From the NCBI GenBank assembly GCA_963704785.1, contig OY969939.1, forward strand, positions 2,383,475 through 2,447,474: a stretch of DNA of 64,000 nucleotides, given 5' to 3'. The stretch's first letter is position 1. Each line of letters begins with the position of its first letter. Positions 1-10,900 of this stretch are shown piece by piece. The position numbers were made by a program, and so were the translations under genes. The stretch comes from an uncultured Eubacteriales bacterium (GTDB lineage Bacteria; Bacillota; Clostridia; Lutisporales; Lutisporaceae). The notes below the pieces were generated by a model. The model saw only the letters and a list, made by a program, of their open reading frames with translations, made no database searches and was not told the DNA's origin.

Positions 1-709
1 GATTATGTTAATGGGTGCTGGATATGCGGCATGGCAGGAAACCTTGACTATAGATAATACTGTATCAACTGGCTTATTGAATATTGAATTTATAGAAGGT
101 AGTGTCCAATGTCCAAATGTTTCACACCCATATGCAGCTACCTTTGATAATATGATAGCAGAACCAGATTATCATTCTTATGTGAATTTTGATCAAGATG
201 AGAGAAATGATAAAGTTACACTATCGGTTGATAAGCTTTATCCAGGTGCTACCTTCATGTATGAGCTGCTTGCTAAAAATGTAGGTTCTATTCCAGCAAC
301 TTTAGATAGTGTAAAGGTAGATTTAAGTAAAACAAATAATGAGTTTGATGAAACAATGTTAGTTTTTGGATGCATATTGCATAAACGACCTGGCAGAATA
401 TTAGCAGTAAACATAGCACCGATGATTCCTTGCGGAGTTAAGTTAAGTGAGCTTGAAGCATATTTGAATGTAGCAATTAATGACTGGGATATTGAAGTTG
501 GAGATTATATAGTATTTGATCTTCCAAGTGAGGAAGAAGCTCCAGGTTTTATAGCTAAGCTTACAGAAAGTCTTCCAGGATATAATCCTGAGACATCGAA
601 TTGCTTGTTCTTCCATATGCCTATTACAGCAGGAAATTCTCTGCAAAGTGAATTTTTACCACAGCAGAAATTCAGCATACAGTTTAACTTTAAGCAGTTT
701 AATCAATAA
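1..709 (+). CDS. TasA/camelysin-like (SipW-dependent type) secreted protein, 5' end outside window
   Basis: Frame is open from the window edge to TAA at 707-709. The pattern TLTIDNTVSTGLLNIEF, PGATF..NVGSIPA and a C-terminal SIQFNFKQ resembles TasA/CalY proteins. A hairpin terminator follows. Confidence 0.5.
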   Translation, partial: IMLMGAGYAAWQETLTIDNTVSTGLLNIEFIEGSVQCPNVSHPYAATFDNMIAEPDYHSYVNFDQDERNDKVTLSVDKLYPGATFMYELLAKNVGSIPATLDSVKVDLSKTNNEFDETMLVFGCILHKRPGRILAVNIAPMIPCGVKLSELEAYLNVAINDWDIEVGDYIVFDLPSEEEAPGFIAKLTESLPGYNPETSNCLFFHMPITAGNSLQSEFLPQQKFSIQFNFKQFNQ

Positions 710-728
710 CATTAAATTATTATTTTAT

Positions 729-762
729 AAGATAAGTAGAATAAATAAATTCTACTTATCTT
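729..762 (+). terminator. Hairpin terminator after the TasA-like gene
   Basis: Perfect 14-bp inverted repeat AAGATAAGTAGAAT-N6-ATTCTACTTATCTT. Confidence 0.6.
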
Positions 763-893
763 TATATGTGTGTATTGGCTAGCGTAAATTGTCGTTATTT
801 TGAGAATATAGCTGTCGACATAATATCAAGATATTAAGAAGGAAATGAATTACTTTAGTTGAATTATTAAGGAAGTGTGTCAGGGGGGAATAA

Positions 894-2003
894 ATGAAAA
901 AGAGTGTAAGCAAAAGAATAAAGATAGCCTTGGTTGCAATTGTATTGATTATAGCTATTATATCTGCATCCTTGCTTTTTGTGACAGAAAAGAATCCGGA
1001 AATTAAAGCAAATAAGATAACTCTGCTAAATTATATCAATAAAACCAGTGCAGAATTTAATGTGCTTCTGAAGCCAAATCCACTATATGATAGTGCAAGT
1101 CTGGGAGAAGATATGTTGTATATGACTTCCTTTGTGGATAAAGTAAAGACTAATTTTCAATATGAATTTATTGCAGATAAACCTACTGATATTGAAGGAG
1201 AATATGAAGTTTTAGCTGTTGTTGAGGGGTATATAATCGAGAAGGAGAAGGTTAAGACAATATGGAAGAAAAAATTTATCCTACTACCTAAAACGTTTTT
1301 TAAATTCAGAGATACAAAAGCTCTGATTGCAAAGGAAATTATTTTTTCACTAGATCAGTATAATCTCTTTGCAAATCAGATAAGCGAGGCAGCAAAAATT
1401 AATATATCTGAAAAGATGTCAGTGGTTATGAATATAAATATGAAAGCAACTTACGGCAGTCAGGTAATAGAAAAAAAGTTTGCTCCAGCTATCACAATAC
1501 CTCTAAATACCAATTATTTTGATATAGTAAAAAGTGGTATAGAAGAAAAGACAGAAGTAATGGAGAAGACAAAGCTAATTACTCTGCCAGTGAACCAAAA
1601 ACTTGTAATAACCTATAGCGTAATTTTAGGTATCTCGGTTCTTGCACTTTTATACTTAATAATATTTGTTAAAGGTGATGCTCATGTTGATGTATTGAAA
1701 AAACAGCTTAATAAAATATTTAAAGTCCATGGCAACAGATTTGTAGCTATTAACAGTGAAATAGGGACTTCCTTTGATATGAATTATCAAGTGAAATCAA
1801 TTGATGACTTAGTAAGAATAGCAGATGAATTGGGTAAGCCTATTTTGTATAAATACAGCTCGGATTCAAAGGAAATAAATAAGTTCTATATACATGATGA
1901 TAAAGCTATGTATTGTTATAATTTATTGACTTCTTTAGCCGATAATGATGTTGAAGTTAATTTCACGGAGTTTCCCTTTGCCAAAGACCAGAGCCTAACT
2001 TAA
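894..2003 (+). CDS. Membrane protein (DUF5305-like) commonly partnered with TasA/SipW loci
   Basis: 369-aa ORF with an N-terminal TM helix and a second TM around residue 240. It is preceded by GGGGGGA 5 nt before the ATG. The family call is from memory of the architecture only. Confidence 0.4.
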   Translation: MKKSVSKRIKIALVAIVLIIAIISASLLFVTEKNPEIKANKITLLNYINKTSAEFNVLLKPNPLYDSASLGEDMLYMTSFVDKVKTNFQYEFIADKPTDIEGEYEVLAVVEGYIIEKEKVKTIWKKKFILLPKTFFKFRDTKALIAKEIIFSLDQYNLFANQISEAAKINISEKMSVVMNINMKATYGSQVIEKKFAPAITIPLNTNYFDIVKSGIEEKTEVMEKTKLITLPVNQKLVITYSVILGISVLALLYLIIFVKGDAHVDVLKKQLNKIFKVHGNRFVAINSEIGTSFDMNYQVKSIDDLVRIADELGKPILYKYSSDSKEINKFYIHDDKAMYCYNLLTSLADNDVEVNFTEFPFAKDQSLT

Positions 2004-2026
2004 CAGTCAGACTCTGGTCTATTTTT
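1985..2026 (+). terminator. Hairpin terminator overlapping the stop codon
   Basis: AGACCAGAG ... CTCTGGTCT stem followed by ATTTTT. Confidence 0.45.
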
Positions 2027-2114
2027 ATGTGCAACCAGCATTACTAACTTAATCATCGCTTTCCTCTCTATTATTTTAAAAATAATAACATTTTTTATAA
2101 AAACAACAAATACA

Positions 2115-2279
2115 AAGGTGCTTTCAATAGCTCTTGGATTTTCAGCAGGAGTAATGATATATATTTCACTGGATGAGCTTTTACCAACAGCAAGAGAGTA
2201 TGGAGAAGAGCATCTTTCAATTTATGGTTTAATAGCAGGGATGATGGTAATGGCAGTGAGCCTGTTGCTATTTATTTGA
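2115..2279 (+). pseudogene. zupT: 3' remnant of a ZIP-family zinc transporter (ZupT-like)
   Basis: A 54-codon open frame KVLSIALGFSAGVMIYISLDELLPTAREYGEEHLSIYGLIAGMMVMAVSLLLFI* matches the ZupT C-terminus. There is no start codon and no upstream coding sequence. Confidence 0.6.
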
Positions 2280-2281
2280 TA

Positions 2282-2869
2282 TTAATGATATATGAAACTT
2301 AATGGACCTCTGAACATTGTATTACTCATTAAGTTTGTTAACTCTTCTGCAGATAACTTCATACCTGTCTCAAGCCAATAAACAATAATCCCAACATTGG
2401 CTGACACGATATATTCAATCAAATAGTCACCATATTCTGCTGACTTATTCTCAACCCTTAAATTATCTAAAAACTTGGTTTTTGCAATGTGTTTAATTTT
2501 TCTTAAAAATGAAGGAGAACCATTTGCACCCAAAAATGCCTTGAAATATTTACTTCTTTCACTAATATATTCTAGACCTTGTACTAAAAAGGGCTTAATG
2601 GTAGTTATATTGCTATTAATTGCGATAAGCTCTTTAATTTTGCTGATATGCTTGTCTAAACCAGAAATTAATTCATCCTCAACTTCATCTAGCAGATCAT
2701 ATATATCTTGATAGTGAATGTAGAAAGTACCTCTGTTTAGACCTGCTTTATCAGTAATTTCTTTTATGCGGATGCTATCAATACTTCTGTTTATATATAA
2801 ATCAATAAATTCATCCTTAATAACTTGTTTGGTATGCACAACCTTAGCTGATTCAAGCTCTATAACCAA
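2282..2869 (-). CDS. TetR/AcrR-family transcriptional regulator
   Basis: 195 aa with an N-terminal HTH (IRIKEITDKAGLNRGTFYIHYQDIYDL). It lies divergent to the activase gene. Confidence 0.75.
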   Translation of the reverse strand: MVIELESAKVVHTKQVIKDEFIDLYINRSIDSIRIKEITDKAGLNRGTFYIHYQDIYDLLDEVEDELISGLDKHISKIKELIAINSNITTIKPFLVQGLEYISERSKYFKAFLGANGSPSFLRKIKHIAKTKFLDNLRVENKSAEYGDYLIEYIVSANVGIIVYWLETGMKLSAEELTNLMSNTMFRGPLSFIYH

Positions 2870-3001
2870 TTATAATCACCTGTTTTCTATCAATTTAATT
2901 TTTAATCTTAAGACTGAAAAACAACTATTTAACAATGAAATCAACAAAAATATAAAAATTGTTCATCTTATTATTATATATTAGTAATATAATTGTAGTA
3001 T

Positions 3002-3022
3002 AAATCAACAAGGTGTTGATTT
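3002..3022. promoter_or_regulatory. Candidate TetR operator
   Basis: Perfect palindrome AAATCAACA-AGG-TGTTGATTT in the divergent intergenic region between tetR and the activase gene. Confidence 0.4.
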
Positions 3023-3088
3023 CAATAATATATTGCACTAAACAATTTATATTTATAAAATAGCATAAAGGTTTTGGGGGTCACAGTA

Positions 3089-6000
3089 ATGGCAAATCTA
3101 TTTCATATTGGGATTGATGTTGGTTCTACAACTGTCAAGGTAGTTGTATTAGACGATAACCTGAAGTTGGTATATAGCAGATACCAAAGACATTTATCCG
3201 ATATAAAAGGAACACTAGAAGAAGTTCTTCTCGAAGCTTATGAGAAATTCAAAGATGATAGAGCAACTATAATAATAACAGGTTCTGGAGGAATGTCCTT
3301 AGCAAAATTTTTGGGAGTTCCTTTCCTTCAAGAAGTTATAGCAGGTACAAAGGCTATACAAACCTACTATCCACAAACTGATGTTGCGATTGAGCTTGGC
3401 GGAGAAGATGCCAAGATTACGTATTTAAATGGCGGTATAGACCAAAGAATGAATGGAACCTGTGCAGGCGGTACAGGCTCTTTTATAGACCAAATGGCAA
3501 CGCTTCTCCAGACTGATGCCATAGGTTTAAATGAACTAGCTAAAAGCTACAAAACAATTTATCCTATTGCTGCAAGATGCGGAGTTTTTGCGAAGACTGA
3601 TATACAGCCATTGCTAAATGAAGGTGCTGCAAAAGAGGATATAGCTGTGTCTGTGCTTCAGGCTGTGGTAATACAGACCATAAGCGGTTTAGCATGTGGA
3701 AGACCTATTAGAGGTAGATGTAGCGTTTTTAGGAGGACCTTTATTCTTTTTATCAGAGCTTAGGAAGAGATTTATTGAGACTTTGAGCTTAAAGAAGGAA
3801 CAGATAATATTTCCAGAGAATTCTCAACTTTATATTGCAATTGGAGCAGCTTTATCATCAGTGGGAAATAAAAATACTGCCTTTAGTGCATTATATAACA
3901 AGCTAAAAGATGTAGATAGTATTTCTCATGGAGAAACAAACAGACTAGCATCACTTTTTAAGATAAAGAGGATTATGAGGAGTTTAAAGCAAGACATAGA
4001 AATCATTCTGTGCCACAAAGAGAGCTTTCAAGCTTTGAAGGCAAATGCTACCTAGGCATAGATGCAGGCTCTACTACTACAAAGGCAGCACTTATTAATG
4101 ATACAGGAGCAATACTTTATACATATTATGGAAGCAATGAAGGAAGTCCGCTTAAATCTACGGTCAGAATTCTAAAAGAGCTTTACAGTATTATGCCACC
4201 CAAGGCAAAGCTAGTGAATTCTACAGTAACAGGTTATGGGGAAGCACTTTTAAAGACTGCGCTTAAAATAGATATTGGAGAGATTGAGACAGTAGCACAC
4301 TATAAGGCGGCTGGATTTTTCTGCCCTGGTGTGGATTTTATATTAGATATTGGCGGACAGGATATGAAATGTCTGAAAATAAAGGATGGCGTAATAGACA
4401 GCATACTTTTAAATGAAGCTTGTTCTTCTGGTTGTGGCTCATTTCTAGAAACCTTTGCCAAATCTCTGAATATAGGTATAGAAGATTTTGCAGAGCAGGC
4501 ATTGTTTGCAGAGAATCCTGTAGATTTTGGCTCGAGATGTACTGTTTTCATGAACTCAAGAGTAAAGCAGGCACAAAAGGAAGGTGCAACTGTAGGTGAA
4601 ATTCAGCAGGGTTATCATATTCCGTAATAAAGAATGCTTTGTTTAAGGTTATAAAAATAAGAAATCCAAAAGAACTGGGAGAAAAGGTTGTTGTACAAGG
4701 TGGAACCTTCTATAATGATGCAGTATTAAGAAGCTTTGAGCTATTATCAGAAAGAGAAGTTATAAGACCTGATATCGCAGGCATTATGGGTGCATTTGGT
4801 GCAGCATTGATTGCCCACGAAAGATATCAAGAAGGCTAATATTACTCAAATATTAAGTGAAGAGCAGTTAAATAATCTAGATGTCCAAACTGGAATGTCA
4901 AGATGTGGACTCTGCGCAAACAACTGTTTACTGACTATTAATAGATTTGGAAACGGTGGGAAGTACGTTTCAGGAAACAGATGTGAAAGAGGAGCAGGGA
5001 TAGATACACAAAAAAATAAGATTCCGAATTTATTTAAATATAAAGTATAAAAGACTTTTTAACTATACACCTTTAGACAATTTGGAAGCAAAAAGAGGAG
5101 TAATAGGGATTCCAAGAGTATTAAATATGTATGAGAATTATCCCTTCTGGTTTACCTTTTTTACAGAGCTAGGCTTTAGAGTGGAGTTGTCTTCTAGATC
5201 CACCAAGAAGATTTATGAAAAGGGAATAGAGACAATACCATCGGAATCGGTATGCTATCCTGCAAAGCTAGTCCATGGGCATATAATGGAGCTTATAGAA
5301 AGGGGCATTGATGTTATTTTTTATCCTTGCATTGCCTATGAGATAAAGGAACAGGAAAAGGCAGACAATCATTATAATTGCCCAATAGTAACATCATATC
5401 CAGAAGTAATAAAGAACAATATGGATGTATTAAGAGAAAAGGATATACTATTTCTTAAGCCATTTTTACCTTTTGATGATAAAAAAAGATTGGCGAAAAG
5501 ATTATTTGAAGAGTTAAAGATATTTAAAATCTCAGAAAGAGAAGTATGTGAAGCTGCAGACAAGGGATGGCAGGAGCAAGAAAGCTTCAAGAGCTATATA
5601 CGAAAGGCAGGAGAAGATACTCTAAAGACAATAAAGGAGTCGGGGATAAAGGGAATAGTGCTTGCTGGAAGACCATATCATATAGATCCTGAGATAAATC
5701 ATGGAATACCAGATATAATTAATGGTCTTGGAATGGCAGTGTTAACAGAGGATTCAATTGCTCATTTAGGTGAAGTAGAAAGACCTCTTAGAGTAGTTGA
5801 TCAATGGATATATCACTCAAGACTATATGCAGCAGCAAGCTTTGTAGCTACACAACAGGATTTGGAGTTGGTACAGTTAAATTCCTTTGGCTGTGGCTTG
5901 GATGCTGTAACAACAGATCAGGTGCAAGAAATATTAAATGGAAATTCTAAGATATATACAACACTAAAAATAGATGAAGGAAATAATCTAGGAGCAGCAA

Positions 6001-7357
6001 GAATAAGACTTCGTTCACTAAAGGCTGCAATTTAAGAAAGAGAGAAGAATGGATTTAAGCATAAGAAGATAGATAATAAATATAAAAGAGTAATATTTAC
6101 AAAGGAAATGAAAAAGAAACATACAATATTGTCTCCTCAGATGTCTCCTATACATTTTGAATTTGTGGAAGAGGCGTTTAAATACTCAGGCTATAACATT
6201 GTTGTACTTCCATCAGTAGACAAAAAAGCAGTAGATGAAGGATTAAAATATGTTAATAATGATGCTTGCTATCCTGCAATAATTGTTATAGGTCAGCTTA
6301 TAGAAGCATTAAAATCTGGAAAATATGATCTTGATAATACTTCTGTAATAATTTCTCAGACAGGTGGAGGATGCAGAGCTACAAATTATATCGGCTTCTT
6401 AAGAAAAGCATTAAAGGATGCAGGATATGAAAAGATACCTGTAATATCCCTAAATGCATTTGGACTGGAGAAAAACCCGGGCTTCAAGCTATCTATGCCA
6501 TTGTTCAATAGAGCATTGATGGCGCTGGTATATGGTGATTTGCTTATGAAGGTTCTGTATAGAGTAAGACCCTATGAAAAAATAAAGGGCTCTGCGAATC
6601 AATTATATAGAAAATGGGCAGAAAAATGTAAAGAAGATTTGCACTCAGCAAACAGAAATGTCTATAAAAGCAATATATGGAACATAGTTAAAGACTTTGA
6701 CGAACTGGAGTTAAAAAATGAGATAAAGCCAAAAGTAGGATTAGTTGGAGAAATATTGGTAAAGTTTCATCCTACTGCCAATAATAATATAGTTGATATT
6801 GTTGAGACTGAAGGAGCAGAAGCAGTAATGCCCGACCTAATTGATTTCTTCCTGTACAGTGCCTATGGTATGATATATAAATATAAATATTTGTCAGGAA
6901 GTAAAACATCAAAAATTATAGCAGAAGCGATAATAGCGGCAATAGAGTTTTATAGGAAAGACTATAAGGAAGCTTTAGCGAAAAGCAAGAGATTCACTTC
7001 ACCAAAGACTATAAAGGAAATAGCCAACGGAGCTTCATCTGTCGTTACTTAGGAAATCAGACGGGAGAAGGCTGGTTTTTGACAGGAGAAATGGTTGAGC
7101 TAATTGAGAGCGGAGTCAAGAATATAGTATGTATGCAGCCCTTTGCATGTCTTCCAAATCATGTAACAGGAAAAGGAATGATGAAGGAATTGAAGAGAAT
7201 ATATCCCGGAACTAATATAGTTGCCATAGATTATGATCCAGGAGCTAGTGAAGTAAATCAATTAAATAGAATAAAGCTTATGATGTCAGCGGCGTTTGAG
7301 AATTTGGATGGGATTAAGGAATTAGAAGCGGAAGCAATAGATGAAAAGCTTGGTTAG
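3089..7357 (+). CDS. Acyl-CoA dehydratase activase-related giant protein (two BcrA/BadF/HgdC ATPase modules plus a dehydratase-like C-terminal region), interrupted
   Basis: Eight collinear ORFs (3074-7357) read through as one protein of about 1420 codons. It has DVGSTTVK and IDAGSTTTK ATPase starts, then [16 protein letters not shown] and a [11 protein letters not shown]-type C-terminal region. There are six frame changes and an in-frame TAA at 6033-6035. Confidence 0.7.
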
Positions 7358-7378
7358 GGATGACAAACAGGTCATCCC

Positions 7379-8131
7379 TTATTTATCAGCATACATATAA
7401 CAGCTAAGAGCAAGAAGAATTATTGCAGGAGTATAAAAAATCCATATAAAGCTGTTTGCCAACATTGACATAGCGCTGTCACCCAGTATCATATCCAGCC
7501 CTACTAAAATATCACAACAATAAAAGCATAGCATACCAATAGCTATCATTCTTGAGTTGGCTTTTGGAAACAGTGCCAAAAGGAAATTCGCTATTGCAGT
7601 CCACAGTGATATGCATAACATAGTCCAGTAGAAAACAGCAATAATTGATAACGCATAGTAGTTGCCAAAGGGGTATAGAAGGATTACTGTAGCTGTAATT
7701 ATGCTTGTAAGAATAATTGCTAAAAGAGCCAAAACTACCTTATGCCTTGTAGCTGACATAGCAAGCTTACCTAACAAACCCTTGCTATGTCTTATAATCA
7801 GCAAGCATTGGCAAAGTAAAAAGGCTATTACTGCAAAGGCAGGCTTTGCTGCTACGAAAAAATATTCGCCTATACATATTATAAAGAATACATACTTCAT
7901 AAGCCTATTGTCTTTTTGACTTAGGCTATCCTTTCCTGATAACCATACTAGAGCTGTAGCAAGTATTACATTTATTCTATTTATTAAGTAGCTTGGATAT
8001 AGCTTGTATAAATCATAACGTCCTAGAAACCTTGAAAAGTCCAATAATATAGTGAATATGCTTATAGATACAATTGCGGTTAAGATGGTGATAATTAGAA
8101 ATCTCTTATTTTTTGACATTTTACTCTCCAA
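7379..8131 (-). CDS. Polytopic membrane protein, function unknown
   Basis: 250 aa with about 7 hydrophobic segments. GGAGAG lies 4 nt before the ATG. Confidence 0.5.
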   Translation of the reverse strand: MESKMSKNKRFLIITILTAIVSISIFTILLDFSRFLGRYDLYKLYPSYLINRINVILATALVWLSGKDSLSQKDNRLMKYVFFIICIGEYFFVAAKPAFAVIAFLLCQCLLIIRHSKGLLGKLAMSATRHKVVLALLAIILTSIITATVILLYPFGNYYALSIIAVFYWTMLCISLWTAIANFLLALFPKANSRMIAIGMLCFYCCDILVGLDMILGDSAMSMLANSFIWIFYTPAIILLALSCYMYADK

Positions 8132-8133
8132 TT

Positions 8134-8177
8134 ACATAACTTTTAATATATTCTACTTAATATATTAAAAGTTATGT
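8134..8177. promoter_or_regulatory. Perfect 19-bp inverted repeat abutting the SD of the 7379-8131 gene
   Basis: ACATAACTTTTAATATATT-N6-AATATATTAAAAGTTATGT. Confidence 0.35.
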
Positions 8178-8562
8178 GTAAAGATCTCAAAAAAAGCATA
8201 AGCTAGAGAGAATGAACATTGAAGGATATAATGATTTTAGTATCCCTACAGTAAATGAGGATATGTCTATATTTATAATTATTAGCCCAAATCCATCAAA
8301 TGAAGCATATTCTAAAAGTATTGGTTAAAGCTAAGGAATACTCGTAGACAGCCTGCAACTATGATAAAATATATTAATAATATTATAAAATCCTAGAATA
8401 CTAAATTAATATTCTAGGATTTTAGTTTTTAATTATATCATCTTATTGGCTATTTATTGCTTGCAAATGTATATCCAATTTTAAATGAAGTCGACAATAT
8501 AATGCGTTTTGTTTTTATAGAAGTAACTTTTAGTTTGTATAAAATGGAAAGAGGGAAAAGGA

Positions 8563-10563
8563 ATGAAAGGCTATATGGGAAAGGTGCTCTTTGTTGACTT
8601 GACAACAAAAGAGATAAAAGAACAGAAAATAGATGATGAAGTATATGAGAAGCTGCTGTCTGGCGTAGGTCTTGGGGCATATATGCTTTATAATAATATA
8701 CCTAGGGGAGCAGAACCCTTGGGGACTGACAATGTACTAGGCTTTGTAAGCGGACTTTTAACCGGAACAGGAAGTGTAATGACAGGAAGATGGATGGCGG
8801 TATGCAAATCCCCCCTTACAGGAGGCTGGGGAGATGCAAACTGTGGTGGAACACTTTCCCCTGCAATCAAGCATTGTGGATATGACGGTATATTCTTTAA
8901 GGGTATTTCAGAAAATCCAGTGTACTTATATGTTGATAATACAGGAGCAGAGCTTAGAGATGCAGCTCATGTATGGGGTAAGGATGCTGTAGAAGCGGAG
9001 GAAATCTTAAAAATAGAGAGTAGTAATGGTAAGAAGAAGCCGTCTGTAGCAGTTATAGGGGAAGCAGCAGAGAAGCTTTCCCTTATTTCGGGAATTTGCA
9101 ATGACAAAGGACGAATAGCAGCACGCTCAGGTGTAGGCGCGGTAATGGGTTCAAAAAGGCTTAAGGCTTTGGTGTTGGCAGGCTCCATTGCAATCAAATG
9201 TGATAATCCTGAAGCTGTCAAAAGCATAAGCAAGGAGTTCACTGCAAAAATAAGAAATGTAAAGCTACCTAGCATAGTAAAGGGTAATATGCTTCCATTT
9301 GTGAGTAAACTAATGTCAAAGGGAAAGACATACTCTCCAGGCGATGGAATAATGAGTGCATATATGATGAAAAAGTGGGGGACTACATTTACAAATACTT
9401 TTGGTTTGCCGAATGGTGATTGTCCGGTTAAAAACTGGGGAGGCTCTGTTGTAGACTATAATAAGTCCTACTACAAAAACGTCAATCCTGATAAAATATT
9501 AAAAAGAGAAGAGAAAAAGTATTACTGCTACTCTTGTGTAATTGGTTGTGGAGGCGTATGCAACATACAGGATATTGCAAAGGGTGAGTTTACTCATACC
9601 CATAAGCCAGAATATGAAACAGTAAATGCCTTTGGTGCATTGCTTATGAATAAGGATTTGGATACCATATTCTATATAAATGAAATATTAAACAGAGCAG
9701 GTATGGACAGCATATCAGCAGGTAATACGGTAGCATATGCCATAGAATGCTATGAAAATGGTATACTGACTAAGGAAGATGCTGACGGACTTGAGCTTAA
9801 TTGGGGTAATGCAGATGCAATTGTTAAGCTTGTTAAAAAGATGATTGCTAGAGAAGGCATTGGAGATATACTGGCAGATGGAGTAAAGCAAGCGGTAAAA
9901 AAAATAGGCAAAGGCTTAGAAAGGTATGCCATGCATGCAGGTGGGCAAGAACCAGGGATGCATGATCCTAGAATGGATCCTATGATGGGAATACATTATT
10001 CTGTTGATCCGACCCCTGGACGGCATACTATAGGCTCAGACACGTACTACAATTATATGCAGCTGTGGCAATATGTGACCTGGGCACCAAAGGTGAAGAA
10101 TAGAACTCTAAAGGAAGAGCAATACGCTGCATCAGATACAGTGGCATTGAAATCAGTAGCAGGAAGCTGCTATAAACAGCTGGTAGACGGTATCGGAGGT
10201 TGTATATTTGCTATGATAACAGGGGCTCAGCATTGGAGAGTATTTGATTACCTAAATGCAGCCACAGGCTGGAACAAGACACCAGATGAATATATGGAAA
10301 TAGGTAAACGTATGCAGACCTTGAGACAAATGTTTAATATTAGAGAAGGAATCGACCCTGTAAGCTTTAAGCTGCATGATAGACTAATAGGTGTACCACC
10401 TCTCCAGGAGGGTGCAAATGCAGGAAAGACTTTGCCTATGCTTGATATGATGAAAGGACACTGGAATACTTTTGGTTGGGATCGTGAAACAGGAATTCCT
10501 ACCTCAGAAACAATTCAGGAGCTTGAACTGGAAAAGCTGATAAATTATCCGCCTCAAATATAA
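8563..10563 (+). CDS. aor: Aldehyde:ferredoxin oxidoreductase (tungstopterin AOR family)
   Basis: 666 aa. The N-terminus MKGYMGKVLFVDLT and overall length are typical of AOR. SD is GAGGGAAAAGGA. Confidence 0.85.
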   Translation: MKGYMGKVLFVDLTTKEIKEQKIDDEVYEKLLSGVGLGAYMLYNNIPRGAEPLGTDNVLGFVSGLLTGTGSVMTGRWMAVCKSPLTGGWGDANCGGTLSPAIKHCGYDGIFFKGISENPVYLYVDNTGAELRDAAHVWGKDAVEAEEILKIESSNGKKKPSVAVIGEAAEKLSLISGICNDKGRIAARSGVGAVMGSKRLKALVLAGSIAIKCDNPEAVKSISKEFTAKIRNVKLPSIVKGNMLPFVSKLMSKGKTYSPGDGIMSAYMMKKWGTTFTNTFGLPNGDCPVKNWGGSVVDYNKSYYKNVNPDKILKREEKKYYCYSCVIGCGGVCNIQDIAKGEFTHTHKPEYETVNAFGALLMNKDLDTIFYINEILNRAGMDSISAGNTVAYAIECYENGILTKEDADGLELNWGNADAIVKLVKKMIAREGIGDILADGVKQAVKKIGKGLERYAMHAGGQEPGMHDPRMDPMMGIHYSVDPTPGRHTIGSDTYYNYMQLWQYVTWAPKVKNRTLKEEQYAASDTVALKSVAGSCYKQLVDGIGGCIFAMITGAQHWRVFDYLNAATGWNKTPDEYMEIGKRMQTLRQMFNIREGIDPVSFKLHDRLIGVPPLQEGANAGKTLPMLDMMKGHWNTFGWDRETGIPTSETIQELELEKLINYPPQI

Positions 10564-10574
10564 GGAGTAGTAAT

Positions 10575-10808
10575 ATGAGAGTAAAAGTTTATCCCGGATC
10601 CTTTTGCGATACAAAAGTTTTAGATGAAGATGGGTTTATAGAGCTTGAAGAAGGTGCAGTGCTAAGCGATGTTCTAAAAAGGCTAAAATATCCCTTGCCA
10701 CTAAAGCTGATAGGTCTGTATACCGTTAATTATAAAAAGGTCAAGCTGAATACACATCTAAAGGATGGAGACATAATAAGCATAATAGCCCCTATGGCTG
10801 GGGGATAA
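10575..10808 (+). CDS. MoaD/ThiS-family small sulfur-carrier-like protein
   Basis: 77 aa ending in ...APMAGG. It starts 11 nt after the aor stop. Confidence 0.65.
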   Translation: MRVKVYPGSFCDTKVLDEDGFIELEEGAVLSDVLKRLKYPLPLKLIGLYTVNYKKVKLNTHLKDGDIISIIAPMAGG

Positions 10809-10813
10809 GTAAG

Positions 10814-10842
10814 AAGCGGAGGGGACGGTTCTTTTTGCTTTT
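10814..10842 (+). repeat. 30-nt hairpin repeat, copy A
   Basis: AAGCGGAGGGGACGGTTCTTTTTGCTTTT. It shares the core GGGACGGTTCTTTTTGCTT with copies at 14.06, 16.26, 29.32 and 31.17 kb. Confidence 0.7.
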
Positions 10843-10900
10843 GGCAATAATTTTAATAAGAATAATAACCCATATAACTGGGGGATAGAGAGGTTTTGAT

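Noticed and set aside
8212-8328. 38-codon ORF between the membrane-protein gene and aor
   Set aside because: It has no convincing SD and I recognise no motif. It is noted only as a possible remnant in the orphan-terminator finding.
8424-8562. Moco/Tuco riboswitch upstream of the aor gene
   Set aside because: The leader is AT-rich and has none of the GC-rich conserved segments I associate with the Moco motif. Only a generic promoter-like region is visible.
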